DNA from: Spirochaetota bacterium
GTDB taxonomy: Bacteria; Spirochaetota; UBA6919; CBDBPB01
Direction of reading: 5' to 3'
NCBI GenBank assembly: GCA_965208615.1
Contig: CBDBPB010000004.1
Location: forward strand, 541,234-605,233
Length of the DNA: 64,000 bases
Below, in pieces: positions 31,442 to 42,602 of the stretch (position 1 is its first letter; each line of letters starts with the position of its first letter). The position numbers and the translations under genes are program-made. The notes beneath the pieces were generated by a model that had not been told where the DNA came from, made no database searches, and saw only the letters and a program-made list of their open reading frames with translations.

Positions 31442-33787
31442 ATGAAATATAAAAGTTGGATTTTAAAGAATTATAAAAAGCTTATTACTGCTTTTCTTGG
31501 TTTAGCCTTAGTTATAGTATACTGGTTAGCTCTTCCACGGCCTCTTTTTAGGGATGGCTATTCAACAATTTTAGTTGACAGCGATGGAGAGCTCTTAGGA
31601 GCTAAGATATCCAACGATGAACAATGGAGATTCCCTCCTATTAAAGGCCTCCCTGATAAATACAAGAAAGCATTAATCTTATTTGAGGATAAAAGATTTT
31701 ATTATCACTTAGGAGTTGATCCTTTTGCTGTTGTCAGAGCCGCTTATATAAACCTGTCTAACTGGCGAATAGTTAGTGGAGCAAGTACTATTAGTATGCA
31801 GGTTATTCGTCTCTATAGAAAAAATAAGAATAGAACTTTCTTTGAAAAGTTTATAGAAATGCTGTTAGCCATCCGTTTAGAGCTGAGTTATAGCAAAGAG
31901 GATATATTATCTTTATATGCTAGTCATGCTCCCTTTGGAGGTAATGTAGTTGGCCTTGAAGCCGCCTCTTGGAGGTATTTTGGAAGAAAACCTAATAGAC
32001 TATCGTGGGCAGAAAGCTCTACTTTAGTTGTACTGCCTAATAGTCCAGCTCTTATACACCTAGGTAGAAACAGAAATAAGCTTAAAAAGAAGCGTAATAC
32101 ATTGCTTAAAAGGCTAAATGAAGAAAATATAATCAGCAAAGACGAGCTAAACGCATCCTTAGCCGAACCTTTACCTGATAAGCCTATTCCACTACCTAGA
32201 ATTACTCCACACCTTTTGGACACTATTATTAAGAAGAATAAAGAAGAACATCGTTTTGAGGTAAGTATTAAAAAAGACTTGCAATTATTGGCGGCAACCA
32301 TTGTAACAAAGCATTCAAGGAATTTAAAGATCAAAGGAATTAATAATATAGCCTTACTTATAGTAAACAACCAGAGTTTTAAAATAGTGGCATATATCGG
32401 CAATAGTGCTATAACTGGAGATTTAGGTTATGCTATTGACCTTATTCAACGGCCAAGAAGTACGGGTAGTATTTTAAAACCTTTTTTATTTGCGGCTATG
32501 ATTAAGGCTGGAGACATACTTCCAAAAACTTTGGTACCTGATGTACCCACTCAATATTCGGGTTATATTCCAAAAAATATGGATCGTAAGTATAGGGGAG
32601 CTGTAGAGGCTAGAATTGCCCTTATTAAATCGTTGAACGTACCTGCTGTTAGGATGTTACAAAAATATGGTATAGTTCGTTTTTATAATTTCTTAAAACA
32701 AATGGGAATGACTACTCTCCACAGGAGTCCTTATGAATATGGACTAACTCTAATATTGGGTGGTGCAGAGGCTACTTTATACGATTTAACTGCTATGTAT
32801 GCTAATCTTGCATATATTGCAAGACAAAGATCAATAAATCAGATTTATAAGTACAAAAAGTTGAGCATAATAAAAAGGGATAATACAGACTCACAATGGC
32901 TGTCACAGCTGGATAACGCTAGTGCATGGTTAACTTTAGATGCTCTTTCAGCGGTAAATCGCCCTGACGAAGAGGCATATTGGTATAACTTTAATAGTAG
33001 TCAGAAAATAGCTTGGAAAACTGGTACCAGTTATGGTCTAAGGGATGCATGGGCAATAGGTACTACTAATAAATATACCGTTGGAGTATGGGTAGGTAAT
33101 GCTAGTGGAGAGGGTAAGGCTGATATAAAGGGTATTAGTTCTGCGGCTCCTATATTATTTGACGTATTCAATATTCTTGACACGTCAAAATGGTTTAATC
33201 CACCATACAACTTTATGAAAAAAGTTGAGTTATGCAAAAATGACGGCTACATAAAAAATGGTGGGTGTAAAAAGGATAATTACTGGATGCCTCAGGATAG
33301 TCATTTTTCTAAGCTTAGTCCTTATAATAGAATTATCCACATTGATAAAAATGGATGGCAGGTGCATAGTGGATGTGAGTCTCCTTCTAATATGATTCAC
33401 AAGTCCTGGTTTATTTTACCACCTGCACAGGAGTTTTATTATAAAAAAAGACATCCAAATTATATTAATCTACCCTCTTTTCGTAAAGACTGTATATATA
33501 ATACTAATGATAGTCCCGTTGATATTTTATACCCCCCTTATAACTCTATAATATATATACCCGTTGATCTTGGTGAAAGAAATAGTAAAATGGTATTTAA
33601 GGCAGTACATAGGAATAAGGATGAAACTCTATACTGGCATTTAAACAATAATTATATTGGTTCTACAAAGATATTCCACGAAAAGGCATTATATATTAAT
33701 CCAGGCATCCATAATATAGTGGTTGTGGATGAGTCTGGTAATCAACTAACCCGCCAATTTGAAGTCTTGGCTAAAGAAAACCCTTAA
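31442..33787 (+). CDS. pbpC: penicillin-binding protein 1C
   Basis: FEDKRF, GASTISMQ, STGSILKPF, SLN, KTGTS; directly follows the A2M gene. Confidence 0.93.
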   Translation: MKYKSWILKNYKKLITAFLGLALVIVYWLALPRPLFRDGYSTILVDSDGELLGAKISNDEQWRFPPIKGLPDKYKKALILFEDKRFYYHLGVDPFAVVRAAYINLSNWRIVSGASTISMQVIRLYRKNKNRTFFEKFIEMLLAIRLELSYSKEDILSLYASHAPFGGNVVGLEAASWRYFGRKPNRLSWAESSTLVVLPNSPALIHLGRNRNKLKKKRNTLLKRLNEENIISKDELNASLAEPLPDKPIPLPRITPHLLDTIIKKNKEEHRFEVSIKKDLQLLAATIVTKHSRNLKIKGINNIALLIVNNQSFKIVAYIGNSAITGDLGYAIDLIQRPRSTGSILKPFLFAAMIKAGDILPKTLVPDVPTQYSGYIPKNMDRKYRGAVEARIALIKSLNVPAVRMLQKYGIVRFYNFLKQMGMTTLHRSPYEYGLTLILGGAEATLYDLTAMYANLAYIARQRSINQIYKYKKLSIIKRDNTDSQWLSQLDNASAWLTLDALSAVNRPDEEAYWYNFNSSQKIAWKTGTSYGLRDAWAIGTTNKYTVGVWVGNASGEGKADIKGISSAAPILFDVFNILDTSKWFNPPYNFMKKVELCKNDGYIKNGGCKKDNYWMPQDSHFSKLSPYNRIIHIDKNGWQVHSGCESPSNMIHKSWFILPPAQEFYYKKRHPNYINLPSFRKDCIYNTNDSPVDILYPPYNSIIYIPVDLGERNSKMVFKAVHRNKDETLYWHLNNNYIGSTKIFHEKALYINPGIHNIVVVDESGNQLTRQFEVLAKENP

Positions 33788-33851
33788 CTATACCATAATT
33801 TTTATTTCTTGACTAGCTATTAAGTTTATAATATATTTAATAGCTATTACT

Positions 33852-34337
33852 ATGGAGTATAAAATGAAAAAAATATATATATCTTTAGGATCCAATATAG
33901 GAAATAGAAATAAGTATTTAGGCTGGGCAAAAGATATCCTAGCCAAAAGCTTAAACATTACAAATACGTCCTCGATTTATGAGAGTGAGTTTATAGGTAA
34001 TACTAAACAAAATGACTATTTAAATCAGGTTATAGAGTTTGAATCTGACATATCCATAGACGATCTTTTTTCTATTACCAGACAGGCTGAAAACGCCATT
34101 GGTAGAAAAAGATATACAAAATGGGAGCCTCGAATTATTGATATAGATATTTTACTTTATGGCAATGAAATTATAGATCAAGATGATCTTAACATTCCCC
34201 ATCCAGAACTAATTAGTCGACGATTCGTACTCGAACCTCTTTGTGAGATAAATAATGATATTATTATCCCTCCTGACAATAACCCTGCAAAATATTATAT
34301 GGAAAATGTTATGAGTCAAACAGTTAATATTTTATAG
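33852..34337 (+). CDS. folK: 2-amino-4-hydroxy-6-hydroxymethyldihydropteridine diphosphokinase
   Basis: SLGSNIG, WEPRIIDIDIL, IPHP, RRFVLEPL. Confidence 0.92.
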   Translation: MEYKMKKIYISLGSNIGNRNKYLGWAKDILAKSLNITNTSSIYESEFIGNTKQNDYLNQVIEFESDISIDDLFSITRQAENAIGRKRYTKWEPRIIDIDILLYGNEIIDQDDLNIPHPELISRRFVLEPLCEINNDIIIPPDNNPAKYYMENVMSQTVNIL

Positions 34338-34346
34338 GAGTAATAT

Positions 34347-35783
34347 ATGACATTTTCCTCTGTTATTGGTTTAGAGGTTCATGTTCAGCTTAACACAAAG
34401 ACTAAGCTTTTTTGTAGCTGTACTACTAAGTTTGGTGCAAAGGCTAACACTCAAACTTGTCCTATTTGTCAGGGTCACCCTGGCGTACTCCCTGTATTGA
34501 ACAAGGATGTATTAATTAAGGCTATTCAGGCTGGTTTGGCATTAAATTGTTCTGTTAATTATTTTTCTAAGTTTGACAGAAAAAACTTTTTTTATCCTGA
34601 TATGCCAAAGGCATATCAAATATCACAATTCGACCTTCCTATCGTTAAAGGAGGTTATTTAGATATCACATTGGATAGCGGCTATAGTAAAACCATTAGA
34701 ATTAACAGAATACACATTGAAGAAGATGCTGGTAAGCTTATCCATTCTAATATCCCGTCGATTAACGAAAGCTATGTTGACTTAAACCGTAGTGGTGTAC
34801 CTCTTTTAGAAATCGTTTCCGAAGCAGATATTAGAACTAGTAATGAGGCATATTTATACTTACAATCCATAAAGTCTACTTTGGAGTATATTGGTGTATC
34901 AGATTGCAATATGGAAGAGGGTTCATTAAGGTGTGATGCTAATATATCCCTTAGGCCTGTTGGACAAAAGAAGTTTGGTACTAAAGCAGAGATTAAAAAT
35001 CTCAATTCTTTTAAGAACGTACAAAAGGCTATAGAATACGAAATAAAGAGGCAGACAAGGATATTAGAGAATAATGAACTAATTGTACAGGAGACTAGGT
35101 TATATAATGCTGATGAGAATAAGACTTATTCTATGCGTAGCAAAGAAGAAGCCCATGATTATAGATACTTCCCTGATCCAGACCTTGTTCCCATTGTAAT
35201 AGATAAGGCTTTTGTTAGTGAGATTAGGGATAGCTTACCCGAATTACCCAATATTAAGTTGAAACGGTTTATTAATGATTATGGTTTATCCGAGAGGGAT
35301 TCAAAGATATTAATTAGTTCTATGGCTATTGCTGACTATTATGAGTCGGTTCTTAAGTTTTATGATAACCCTAAAAAGATTGCTAATTGGATTATGGGTG
35401 AATTTATACGTGCGTTGAATGACTGCAATGGTGATTGGTCCTGTATTAAAATAAAGGCTAAGGAGCTTGCTAATTTAGTAAGACATATAGATGAGGGTAA
35501 GATTACGTCTAAGATGGCTAAGGACATATTTTATGCTATGGTTAAATCTGGGGATACTGTAGAAAATACTATTGACAAATTAGGTTTAAGGCAGCTAGAT
35601 GAGAGTGAGCTTAATATTATTATTGATAAAGTCATAAATGATAATCCTAAAATAGTTAGTTCTTATAGGGCTGGTAAGGATAAGGCTATTGGTGCATTGG
35701 TAGGTCAGGTTATGAAGGCAACAAAGGGTCAGGCTAATCCTAAAGCAGTTAATGACTTGCTAAAGGATAAGTTAATTAATTAA
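34347..35783 (+). CDS. gatB: Asp/Glu-tRNA amidotransferase subunit B
   Basis: IGLEVHVQL, FDRKNFFYPD, RCDANIS, YRYFPDPDL. Confidence 0.95.
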   Translation: MTFSSVIGLEVHVQLNTKTKLFCSCTTKFGAKANTQTCPICQGHPGVLPVLNKDVLIKAIQAGLALNCSVNYFSKFDRKNFFYPDMPKAYQISQFDLPIVKGGYLDITLDSGYSKTIRINRIHIEEDAGKLIHSNIPSINESYVDLNRSGVPLLEIVSEADIRTSNEAYLYLQSIKSTLEYIGVSDCNMEEGSLRCDANISLRPVGQKKFGTKAEIKNLNSFKNVQKAIEYEIKRQTRILENNELIVQETRLYNADENKTYSMRSKEEAHDYRYFPDPDLVPIVIDKAFVSEIRDSLPELPNIKLKRFINDYGLSERDSKILISSMAIADYYESVLKFYDNPKKIANWIMGEFIRALNDCNGDWSCIKIKAKELANLVRHIDEGKITSKMAKDIFYAMVKSGDTVENTIDKLGLRQLDESELNIIIDKVINDNPKIVSSYRAGKDKAIGALVGQVMKATKGQANPKAVNDLLKDKLIN

Positions 35784-36308
35784 TTTTACTATAATGCTTA
35801 GGTGTATGTAATTATTTTTATATTAATATCATATTTTATAGGGATAATATGATCTAATATTAAATTTATGTCTAAAAGATAAGCATTTCTAACTTCTTCT
35901 TTTGTATCATCCATCAACAAAAGAAATATTCTATCTTGAAACTGTTTTTTCATTTTGGATGAACCTTTAAGTAAGGTTGAATATAAATATTGTTTCGTCA
36001 ATAAATAAAATAAAAATACCTATTTTTATAAAGCTATTAAAGAACTTACTTTATAGATTTTAAGGTTTTTTTAGTACCTCACCTAATTATAAAAATGTCT
36101 TATTACTGCTTGATTAAGAAGATAGTATTGTTTTATAGACTATAATATTTTATCAGATAGGTTATATTAGGTATTTTTTGTTTTTGTTATTAATTTAAGT
36201 TTAGTATATAATTTTTTATATACTTATGGTTTTTTTCTTTTCTAAAAAGGATTAATTGTTTATGTTTGTTGTGATATAAAAAAATAGCTTAATTTGGATG
36301 GTGATAAA

Positions 36309-36718
36309 ATGAAAAAATATCTTTATTCTAATTCAAACTATAATCTTGGATTACTTTTATTGAGAATTGGTATTGGAATTGCATTTGTAGTTCATGGTTA
36401 TCCAAAAGTATTCGAAGGTGGAGCTTATGGTTTAGCTAAAGGTTTAACTGCTGCTGGTATTCCTGGTGGTATTTATGGTGCATATCTCGCTGGAATTGCA
36501 GAGGTATTTGGGGGTATAGCTTTAGTTATTGGTTTATTTACTCGTCCTGCGGCATTGCTATGGCTTTTAGTATGTTTGTAGCAGTTATTTTTCATTTAAA
36601 CCTTGGTCACGGATTTATGAAGTACTCCCATGCTTTAGAGAGTGTTATTATATTTATTACTATTATGATTACTGGTGCTGGACGGTTTTCTGTAGATAGG
36701 TTGTTTTTTGGTAAATAG
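36309..36718 (+). pseudogene. DoxX-family membrane protein with a single-base frameshift near 36560
   Basis: LLLRIGIG..HG..K, then continues in another frame as MAFSMFVAVIFH...GAGRFSVD to TAG 36718; real pseudogene or assembly indel. Confidence 0.75.
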
Positions 36719-36764
36719 ATAACAGTTAGGCTAAACATATTGATAGGCTGTTTTAAGGGAGCTT

Positions 36765-38396
36765 ATGAAAAGATTGATATTATTATTTATTTTTTTATTT
36801 ATTATTCAGGCTAATGTATTTAGTTTAGCTCGTTTTGCTGTTAAAGAGCCTGTATTGTATGTTGATTTTAATATAAAGAACATTCATGATGTTTCAGTTG
36901 ACGTGTGGAAGAAGTTAGTTGGTAAAGAGCGATTTGAAATTCAGTATATTCTTTTAAAGAATTTTCTTATTAGTTCTTTTGATGGTATTGATATAACAGA
37001 TGAAAGTTTTTTAAGATCTGTTGGTATTGCCAATAAGTCTGCTGGTTTTATAATCAATTCGGTTAGTGATAAAAGTACTCTCAATAAAGATATTAGCTTT
37101 ATAATTGCTATACCTATTAATGATCCCAAGCTTGCTCGCCAGTTTTTTATAAAGTTATTGACAAGGGACGTAGAAGATGAAAGGATTATAGTAAATAAGC
37201 TTTATAAAGGTAATATGATTAATATTATAAAGTCTACTGGTGAATATGGTGTTAGTTCTGGGGAATATTCTATATCTGTTGTTGGGGGATATTTATTAAT
37301 AAGTAGATTATCTAATTCTATAGAGACTGCCGTAGATAGTTTTAACTCTATGGATAACTTTACCAGCAGTAATGCCTATAAGGAGTCTTTAAACTACATC
37401 AAGGAGAAGGATAGACTAGGGTTAATAATTATAACAAAGAAGACTTTTGAGTTTTTTAAGCACTTTTTACCAAATAATAATGAATTTTTAAGGTTTTCCG
37501 CTTTATATAAAGGCTTATACAACTTTACAGGTATTTGGTTTGTGGTAGATGGCAGTGAGATTGCAATAGAGAGTATTACTAAACTTGATAGTAATAGCTC
37601 TGTTTATCCAAGCATGATTAAGACGTATAAGCCTAATATACAAGGTAATAGTCTTTTTAATTATTTACCTGATAATCCATATTTAATTACAAACCTGTTT
37701 TTTGATTTTCAAGAGTATTTTAACAAGGTGATGCCTAAAATACCATATATCAAAAACAAATTTGAAAAAGACTGGAAAAGTATATTGGATAACCTAACTA
37801 AAGAGTTAGGTTTTGATGTTAGGACAAATATTATTAATAATTTTGATAATCAATATAGTTTTTTAATTTATGATTATAGTGTTAATAATGGCGAGTTAGA
37901 TTTTTTAAATGGGCTTGATTTTTTAGCTTATGCAAAGGTTAAGGATGAGGTCATATTGGAAGGTGTTATACACTCTTTGGTTAATAAGCTAAGAGAGCTA
38001 AAAAAGAGGAATAACACAGATATGATAATAGCTATTAATATTATAAATGGTATAGAATTTTATAATATTAATAGTGATGAGTTTAACGTATATTTTGGGA
38101 TATTTGAAAAACATTTTATTTTAGCAACCAAAAAAAAGCGTATAAAAAGTCTAATTAATAATTTTAACATGAAAAAAACTCCCCTTAAAGATAGCCTTAG
38201 GTCTAATAGGCTTTTAAACGAGATAAATAAGAACTCTAGTTATTCATTTGTAGACCTAAAAAGGATTTATAATGATAGAAAGTTTCCTTTAGAGTGGATG
38301 GAGAATATTAAGTTAGACAGGCTTAAATCTTTTAGGGTATATAATAAACTTGATAATGATATAATATTTTATAGTCTTAAGGTTTCTTTTAATTAG
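36765..38396 (+). CDS. secreted hypothetical protein (DUF3352-like)
   Basis: 543-aa ORF with signal peptide and RBS; family assignment tentative. Confidence 0.55.
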   Translation: MKRLILLFIFLFIIQANVFSLARFAVKEPVLYVDFNIKNIHDVSVDVWKKLVGKERFEIQYILLKNFLISSFDGIDITDESFLRSVGIANKSAGFIINSVSDKSTLNKDISFIIAIPINDPKLARQFFIKLLTRDVEDERIIVNKLYKGNMINIIKSTGEYGVSSGEYSISVVGGYLLISRLSNSIETAVDSFNSMDNFTSSNAYKESLNYIKEKDRLGLIIITKKTFEFFKHFLPNNNEFLRFSALYKGLYNFTGIWFVVDGSEIAIESITKLDSNSSVYPSMIKTYKPNIQGNSLFNYLPDNPYLITNLFFDFQEYFNKVMPKIPYIKNKFEKDWKSILDNLTKELGFDVRTNIINNFDNQYSFLIYDYSVNNGELDFLNGLDFLAYAKVKDEVILEGVIHSLVNKLRELKKRNNTDMIIAINIINGIEFYNINSDEFNVYFGIFEKHFILATKKKRIKSLINNFNMKKTPLKDSLRSNRLLNEINKNSSYSFVDLKRIYNDRKFPLEWMENIKLDRLKSFRVYNKLDNDIIFYSLKVSFN

Positions 38397-38449
38397 CTAT
38401 TTTTACCAACAATAAGTTAAGCAGATAGATATAGGATTATGGAGGTCTA

Positions 38450-38716
38450 ATGGGGTTATTTTCGTTTTTAAAAGGTGAAGATGATAAGTTTAAGAAAGAC
38501 CTTGCTAAAGCCTCAGAGATGATGTATTACATTGGAGAAAAGCTTGATTCATATCCTCAATACGATGATAGGTTTTTATATATACAAAGTACTATTGATA
38601 AAATTAAGAGTGGTAAAGTCAAAAACAAATTTGATAGTCTAACATTTGTGATGGAGAGTATAAAGCATTTAAAGTTGGACATAGAGTCAAGGGAAAGATT
38701 ACAATTACTTGAATAG
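38450..38716 (+). CDS. hypothetical protein
   Basis: GGAGG RBS; 88 aa starting MGLFSFLK. Confidence 0.6.
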   Translation: MGLFSFLKGEDDKFKKDLAKASEMMYYIGEKLDSYPQYDDRFLYIQSTIDKIKSGKVKNKFDSLTFVMESIKHLKLDIESRERLQLLE

Positions 38717-38736
38717 GCCACCTATTATAAGGTGGC
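38717..38736. terminator. hairpin between convergent genes
   Basis: GCCACCT-ATTATA-AGGTGGC. Confidence 0.6.
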
Positions 38737-38744
38737 TCTATAAG

Positions 38745-39563
38745 TTATTTTTTATAATGTAAACTTCTTTCGTTCACAGCTTGAACAGGGCGATTGTTTT
38801 TACCTTCCATCACTTGAACAAACTCTTCTACTTGATCCTTAGAAACTTCTATATGATCGCTATATACGAACCATGATACACCTTCTGAGCATGGAGGTGT
38901 AGTAAGTGAACCTGTATAGTGAAAGTAAGAACGTTTTTTAGGGAATAAGTTATTTATGTCTATTTTGCTAGACGATTGATTATTTTTACCAGCTTCTACC
39001 GGCATATTATCCCAAATCTTTTGTATTATAGGATTTTCTTTACCTTCTTTTATAAACACTCCTATAACTGCAAGACTCCCGTCATCAGCTTTATGTACAA
39101 AGTGAATTTCCATTGGAAAATATTCTCCATTTAAAGTATGCTCACTTAGACTATGAAAGTGGAATTGTAATAACTTAAACTCTTTACCATTAAAGTTAAC
39201 CTTATTATCTTTTTTATAGTTAACCACTATTGAATGTCCGTTATTAACAACATCCAGTGTTATCTTGGGATATTTACTTTCAATAGGCATTAAATCTCCA
39301 GCTTCTTTAGCGTTTTTCAAGTCTATAGGGGATTGTTCCATACCCGCTTTACACTCTATATAGTCAGGAGATAAGCTACCCCAATACTCTGGACCCTCTT
39401 GACCTTTATATCCCCAATGTATTTTGGAGTGTTTTTCGTCTTTATGAGAAGTTTCTTTTTTATGCTCTGTTTTGCTACTATCTTTTTCCATTTTTGCCTT
39501 CTTAGAACAAGAAGCAAAAACAAATATTGATATTACTAAAATTAAAAGTAGTTTTTTCATCAT
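38745..39563 (-). CDS. alpha-class carbonic anhydrase, lipoprotein
   Basis: Lipobox FASC, QSPID, QFHFH..SEH, EIHFVH, GSLTTPPCSEGV. Confidence 0.92.
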   Translation of the reverse strand: MMKKLLLILVISIFVFASCSKKAKMEKDSSKTEHKKETSHKDEKHSKIHWGYKGQEGPEYWGSLSPDYIECKAGMEQSPIDLKNAKEAGDLMPIESKYPKITLDVVNNGHSIVVNYKKDNKVNFNGKEFKLLQFHFHSLSEHTLNGEYFPMEIHFVHKADDGSLAVIGVFIKEGKENPIIQKIWDNMPVEAGKNNQSSSKIDINNLFPKKRSYFHYTGSLTTPPCSEGVSWFVYSDHIEVSKDQVEEFVQVMEGKNNRPVQAVNERSLHYKK

Positions 39564-39731
39564 ATAACCCTCAATATTATTTATAATATGTTGTTTTAAG
39601 GGTTAAACACCTAAATGTATAAAAGGGAGAATTTTTGTTAATTTATTGAAAAAACACTTAACACATAAGAGTACTTAATATTATGTTTTTGCTATTCTTT
39701 TATTAATAGTCATCTTAAATTTTATAGAGTT

Positions 39732-40424
39732 TTAATCGCCTGATCGTAATCCGATTATAAAATATAACAAGGTTAATACTGCACTCATAGCAGAGGCAAC
39801 ATAAGTCATGGCAGCGGCATCCAACACTTTTTTTACACCAAGGTCTTCTTGTTTTGTAATAATACCGTAGTCCACAAGGAGCCTCCTTGCACGGGATGAG
39901 GCATCAAACTCAACAGGCAGAGTTACCAATGAGAATAATACTGCGGCAGAAAATAAAATAATGCCTACTTTGGTTAAGGCGGATATACTAATAATAATCC
40001 CTATAAAGATCAGGATATAGCTAAGGTAGGAGGAAAATTGTGTTATAGGAGCTAATATCTGTCTTATAATTAGAGGTGAATATGCTTTAGAGTCTTGTAT
40101 GGCGTGTCCTGCTTCGTGTGCCGCCACGCCCAGTGACGCCAAAGATGATATATTAGCGACATTTTGTGATAGTCTTAATACCCGTTTAGTTGGATCATAG
40201 TGATCAGACATTATACCACTGGTTAATTCTATTTTAACATTAGTAAGTCCATTTTTATCTAATATTTCTCTAGCGGCGTTATAGCCGTTATAACCTTTTT
40301 TAGAAGGCACTTTAGAATATTTATTAAAACTACTTTTAACTTTATAGCTTGCCCAAAAGCTTAGGATAATAGCAGGACCCACAAATATAAAGTACATAGG
40401 ATCTAAAATCATTTTACCTCCCAA
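39732..40424 (-). CDS. membrane zinc metallopeptidase (YugP-like)
   Basis: DHYDP, AAHEAGHAIQ, LPVEFDAS. Confidence 0.88.
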   Translation of the reverse strand: MGGKMILDPMYFIFVGPAIILSFWASYKVKSSFNKYSKVPSKKGYNGYNAAREILDKNGLTNVKIELTSGIMSDHYDPTKRVLRLSQNVANISSLASLGVAAHEAGHAIQDSKAYSPLIIRQILAPITQFSSYLSYILIFIGIIISISALTKVGIILFSAAVLFSLVTLPVEFDASSRARRLLVDYGIITKQEDLGVKKVLDAAAMTYVASAMSAVLTLLYFIIGLRSGD

Positions 40425-40562
40425 ATGAATAATTTTATTTAGTTAAAAGATGACTTCTCATTGAAAAGATGTAAAAATAAAAATAAAAATCAAGTTTTTT
40501 CGATTTATTATTGCTAATAAAGGTTTTATCAGATAGAATAAAAAGTGATTTTATAATAATTG

Positions 40563-41411
40563 TTAGTAATATGGGATTAAATGATGATAGGATCTCGGTT
40601 TACGATTAATAAAACCAAAACGCTTACCCTTTATCATTTTCCACAAAAAGTTTGTATAAGCCCAATGACCATTCCACTCTAAAGCATTACCATGACTACT
40701 AAGATCGATTTGGTGGGACATTACCCCATCATTATTTAACCAAAGATATAACGCTTTATAGGTATCTCTTAGATTATCAACGTGTTCTAAAACGGCTTGG
40801 GATAAGATCATATCCATGGAGTTTTGTTTAATAAGATTTATATCATCCCATGGGGCAACGTATTTTATAAAAGATTGTTTATTATCCCCTTTATATATAG
40901 CATCATAAATCTTTTTAAGCCTATCCTCAGACAGTGAGATAGTTAGCACTTCTTCCGTTAATATGTGATTAGGAAACTTATAAGAACTAATATATGGCTT
41001 TACCCTAGGAAACTCTTTTTCATCAGGTATATCCTCTCTATTTTTGAACATGGTAAGAAGTTCGTTAAACACGTCAATATTATGTTGAGTGTGAGCATAT
41101 TTAACAACATCCAATGCAATATACTGTTCAGCTCCACTAAATAATGCAGCAAGTCCTATCCCTATAGAGTTGCCAGGACCTAATTCAGCTATTTTCTTAG
41201 GTATACCATGCTTAAACTGGTTAATGTATACTAGATGACGCATCCACACAGAATAACAATAGCGAACAGAAATAGTGCCAGGAAATAAATATTTATATAG
41301 TCTATTGTATAACCAAATAAAACCGGGTATGTATGTTGATAGGCCAAATACTATTCTAAAATATTTTTTAGGTAAAAAGCTAATCTTATTTTTTAGTTTA
41401 TCTAATCCCAT
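40563..41411 (-). CDS. class I SAM-dependent methyltransferase, possibly C-terminally truncated
   Basis: ELGPG motif I, SQAVLEHV; sequence ends abruptly. Confidence 0.7.
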   Translation of the reverse strand: MGLDKLKNKISFLPKKYFRIVFGLSTYIPGFIWLYNRLYKYLFPGTISVRYCYSVWMRHLVYINQFKHGIPKKIAELGPGNSIGIGLAALFSGAEQYIALDVVKYAHTQHNIDVFNELLTMFKNREDIPDEKEFPRVKPYISSYKFPNHILTEEVLTISLSEDRLKKIYDAIYKGDNKQSFIKYVAPWDDINLIKQNSMDMILSQAVLEHVDNLRDTYKALYLWLNNDGVMSHQIDLSSHGNALEWNGHWAYTNFLWKMIKGKRFGFINRKPRSYHHLIPYY

Positions 41412-41437
41412 TATTTTCTATTTCTGTGTTAGTGATC

Positions 41438-42139
41438 TCATTTCATAACACATTGTTTTTGACATTTTTGTTTATGGTGGTTTTCTGTCTGACCGTCTTG
41501 ATAGTAGTCTAACTCATAGTCTAGGCAACACATTAATCGTCCGCATACGCCTGATATCTTAACAGAATTTAGAGTTAAGTTTTGTTCCTTAGCCATTTTA
41601 ATAGAAATAGGCTCATGATCACAATGTCTTTTTGTACAGCAAAACTCCAGTCCACAAACTCCATATCCTTTTAGTAGAGTAGCCTCATCCCTAACACCAA
41701 TCTGACGTAATTCGATTCTAGTTCTAAAAGTACTTGCAAGGTCTTTTACAAGTTTTCTAAAATCCACTCTTCCATCTGCAGTAAAGTTGAATAATATTTT
41801 ATTCCTATCTAAAAAAAAGTATACATTAATCAACTTCATAGGAAGATTATATTGCCTAATTTTTTCCTTAGTTAGTTCAAATGCACTGCCAGCTTGTTTT
41901 TTATACTCTTTTTTGAGGTCCAAGTCTTTTTGCTCAGCTATGCGGACAATTTTATATTCAGGCTCAAGATTTTCTTTGCAGTCAATAGGAATTGAGTTTG
42001 GTATTACTTTCCCCAAATCTAAGCCATATTTTGTTTCTATTACATAATAGTCATACATTTTAAAATTAAAGCTTTTGTCGTATTTATACAAGTCAATCTG
42101 ACTATTATAGTCAACTTTGACTTTAGTAAAACCAAACAT
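41438..42139 (-). CDS. PSP1-domain / RicT (YaaT) family protein
   Basis: FTADGRVDFRKLVKDLA, RIELRQIGVRDE, CGRLMCCL. Confidence 0.88.
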   Translation of the reverse strand: MFGFTKVKVDYNSQIDLYKYDKSFNFKMYDYYVIETKYGLDLGKVIPNSIPIDCKENLEPEYKIVRIAEQKDLDLKKEYKKQAGSAFELTKEKIRQYNLPMKLINVYFFLDRNKILFNFTADGRVDFRKLVKDLASTFRTRIELRQIGVRDEATLLKGYGVCGLEFCCTKRHCDHEPISIKMAKEQNLTLNSVKISGVCGRLMCCLDYELDYYQDGQTENHHKQKCQKQCVMK

Positions 42140-42162
42140 GTAATATCCTTAGATTCTAATCA

Positions 42163-42600
42163 CTATAAAATAAGATCGATGATCAGCCCTCTAATTTCTT
42201 CCATCTTTGAAAGTAGAACCATCCTGGGGAGTTCTTGACTTATAACGGCATTATAAAGCTCTTCCAGCTTTTTATTAATCGTATTAACTATTTTATAGTC
42301 AATACGTCTACCATATAATTCTTTTATGGCAAAAGAGTTTTTATTGACAAACCTTAAAAATAATTGCATATCCCGTTTATAGACTAATAGGTTACTCATT
42401 ATAGGAGAAAGAGAAAAGTCTTTAGCACTTATTTCTATTTGTTTGACCAAGTTAGCTATTTCACTTTGAAAGCTAGATTTAATATTAGAGCTTATATGTT
42501 GTTTAAATAAGCTTTTCTTAGAGGTATTTTGTGATATGGGCAGGCTAGGGGGTAATATTGATCCCAGGTTTTTTTTTGTATTTCTATCTATTTTAAGCAT
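42163..42600 (-). CDS. YaaR (DUF327) family protein
   Basis: C-terminal EEIRGLIIDL; next to the PSP1 gene. Confidence 0.75.
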   Translation of the reverse strand: MLKIDRNTKKNLGSILPPSLPISQNTSKKSLFKQHISSNIKSSFQSEIANLVKQIEISAKDFSLSPIMSNLLVYKRDMQLFLRFVNKNSFAIKELYGRRIDYKIVNTINKKLEELYNAVISQELPRMVLLSKMEEIRGLIIDLIL

Positions 42601-42602
42601 AA

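Noticed and set aside
35798-36001. 67-aa minus-strand ORF
   Set aside because: TTG start, no recognisable motif, lies in AT-rich intergenic DNA; possibly a remnant but unsupported
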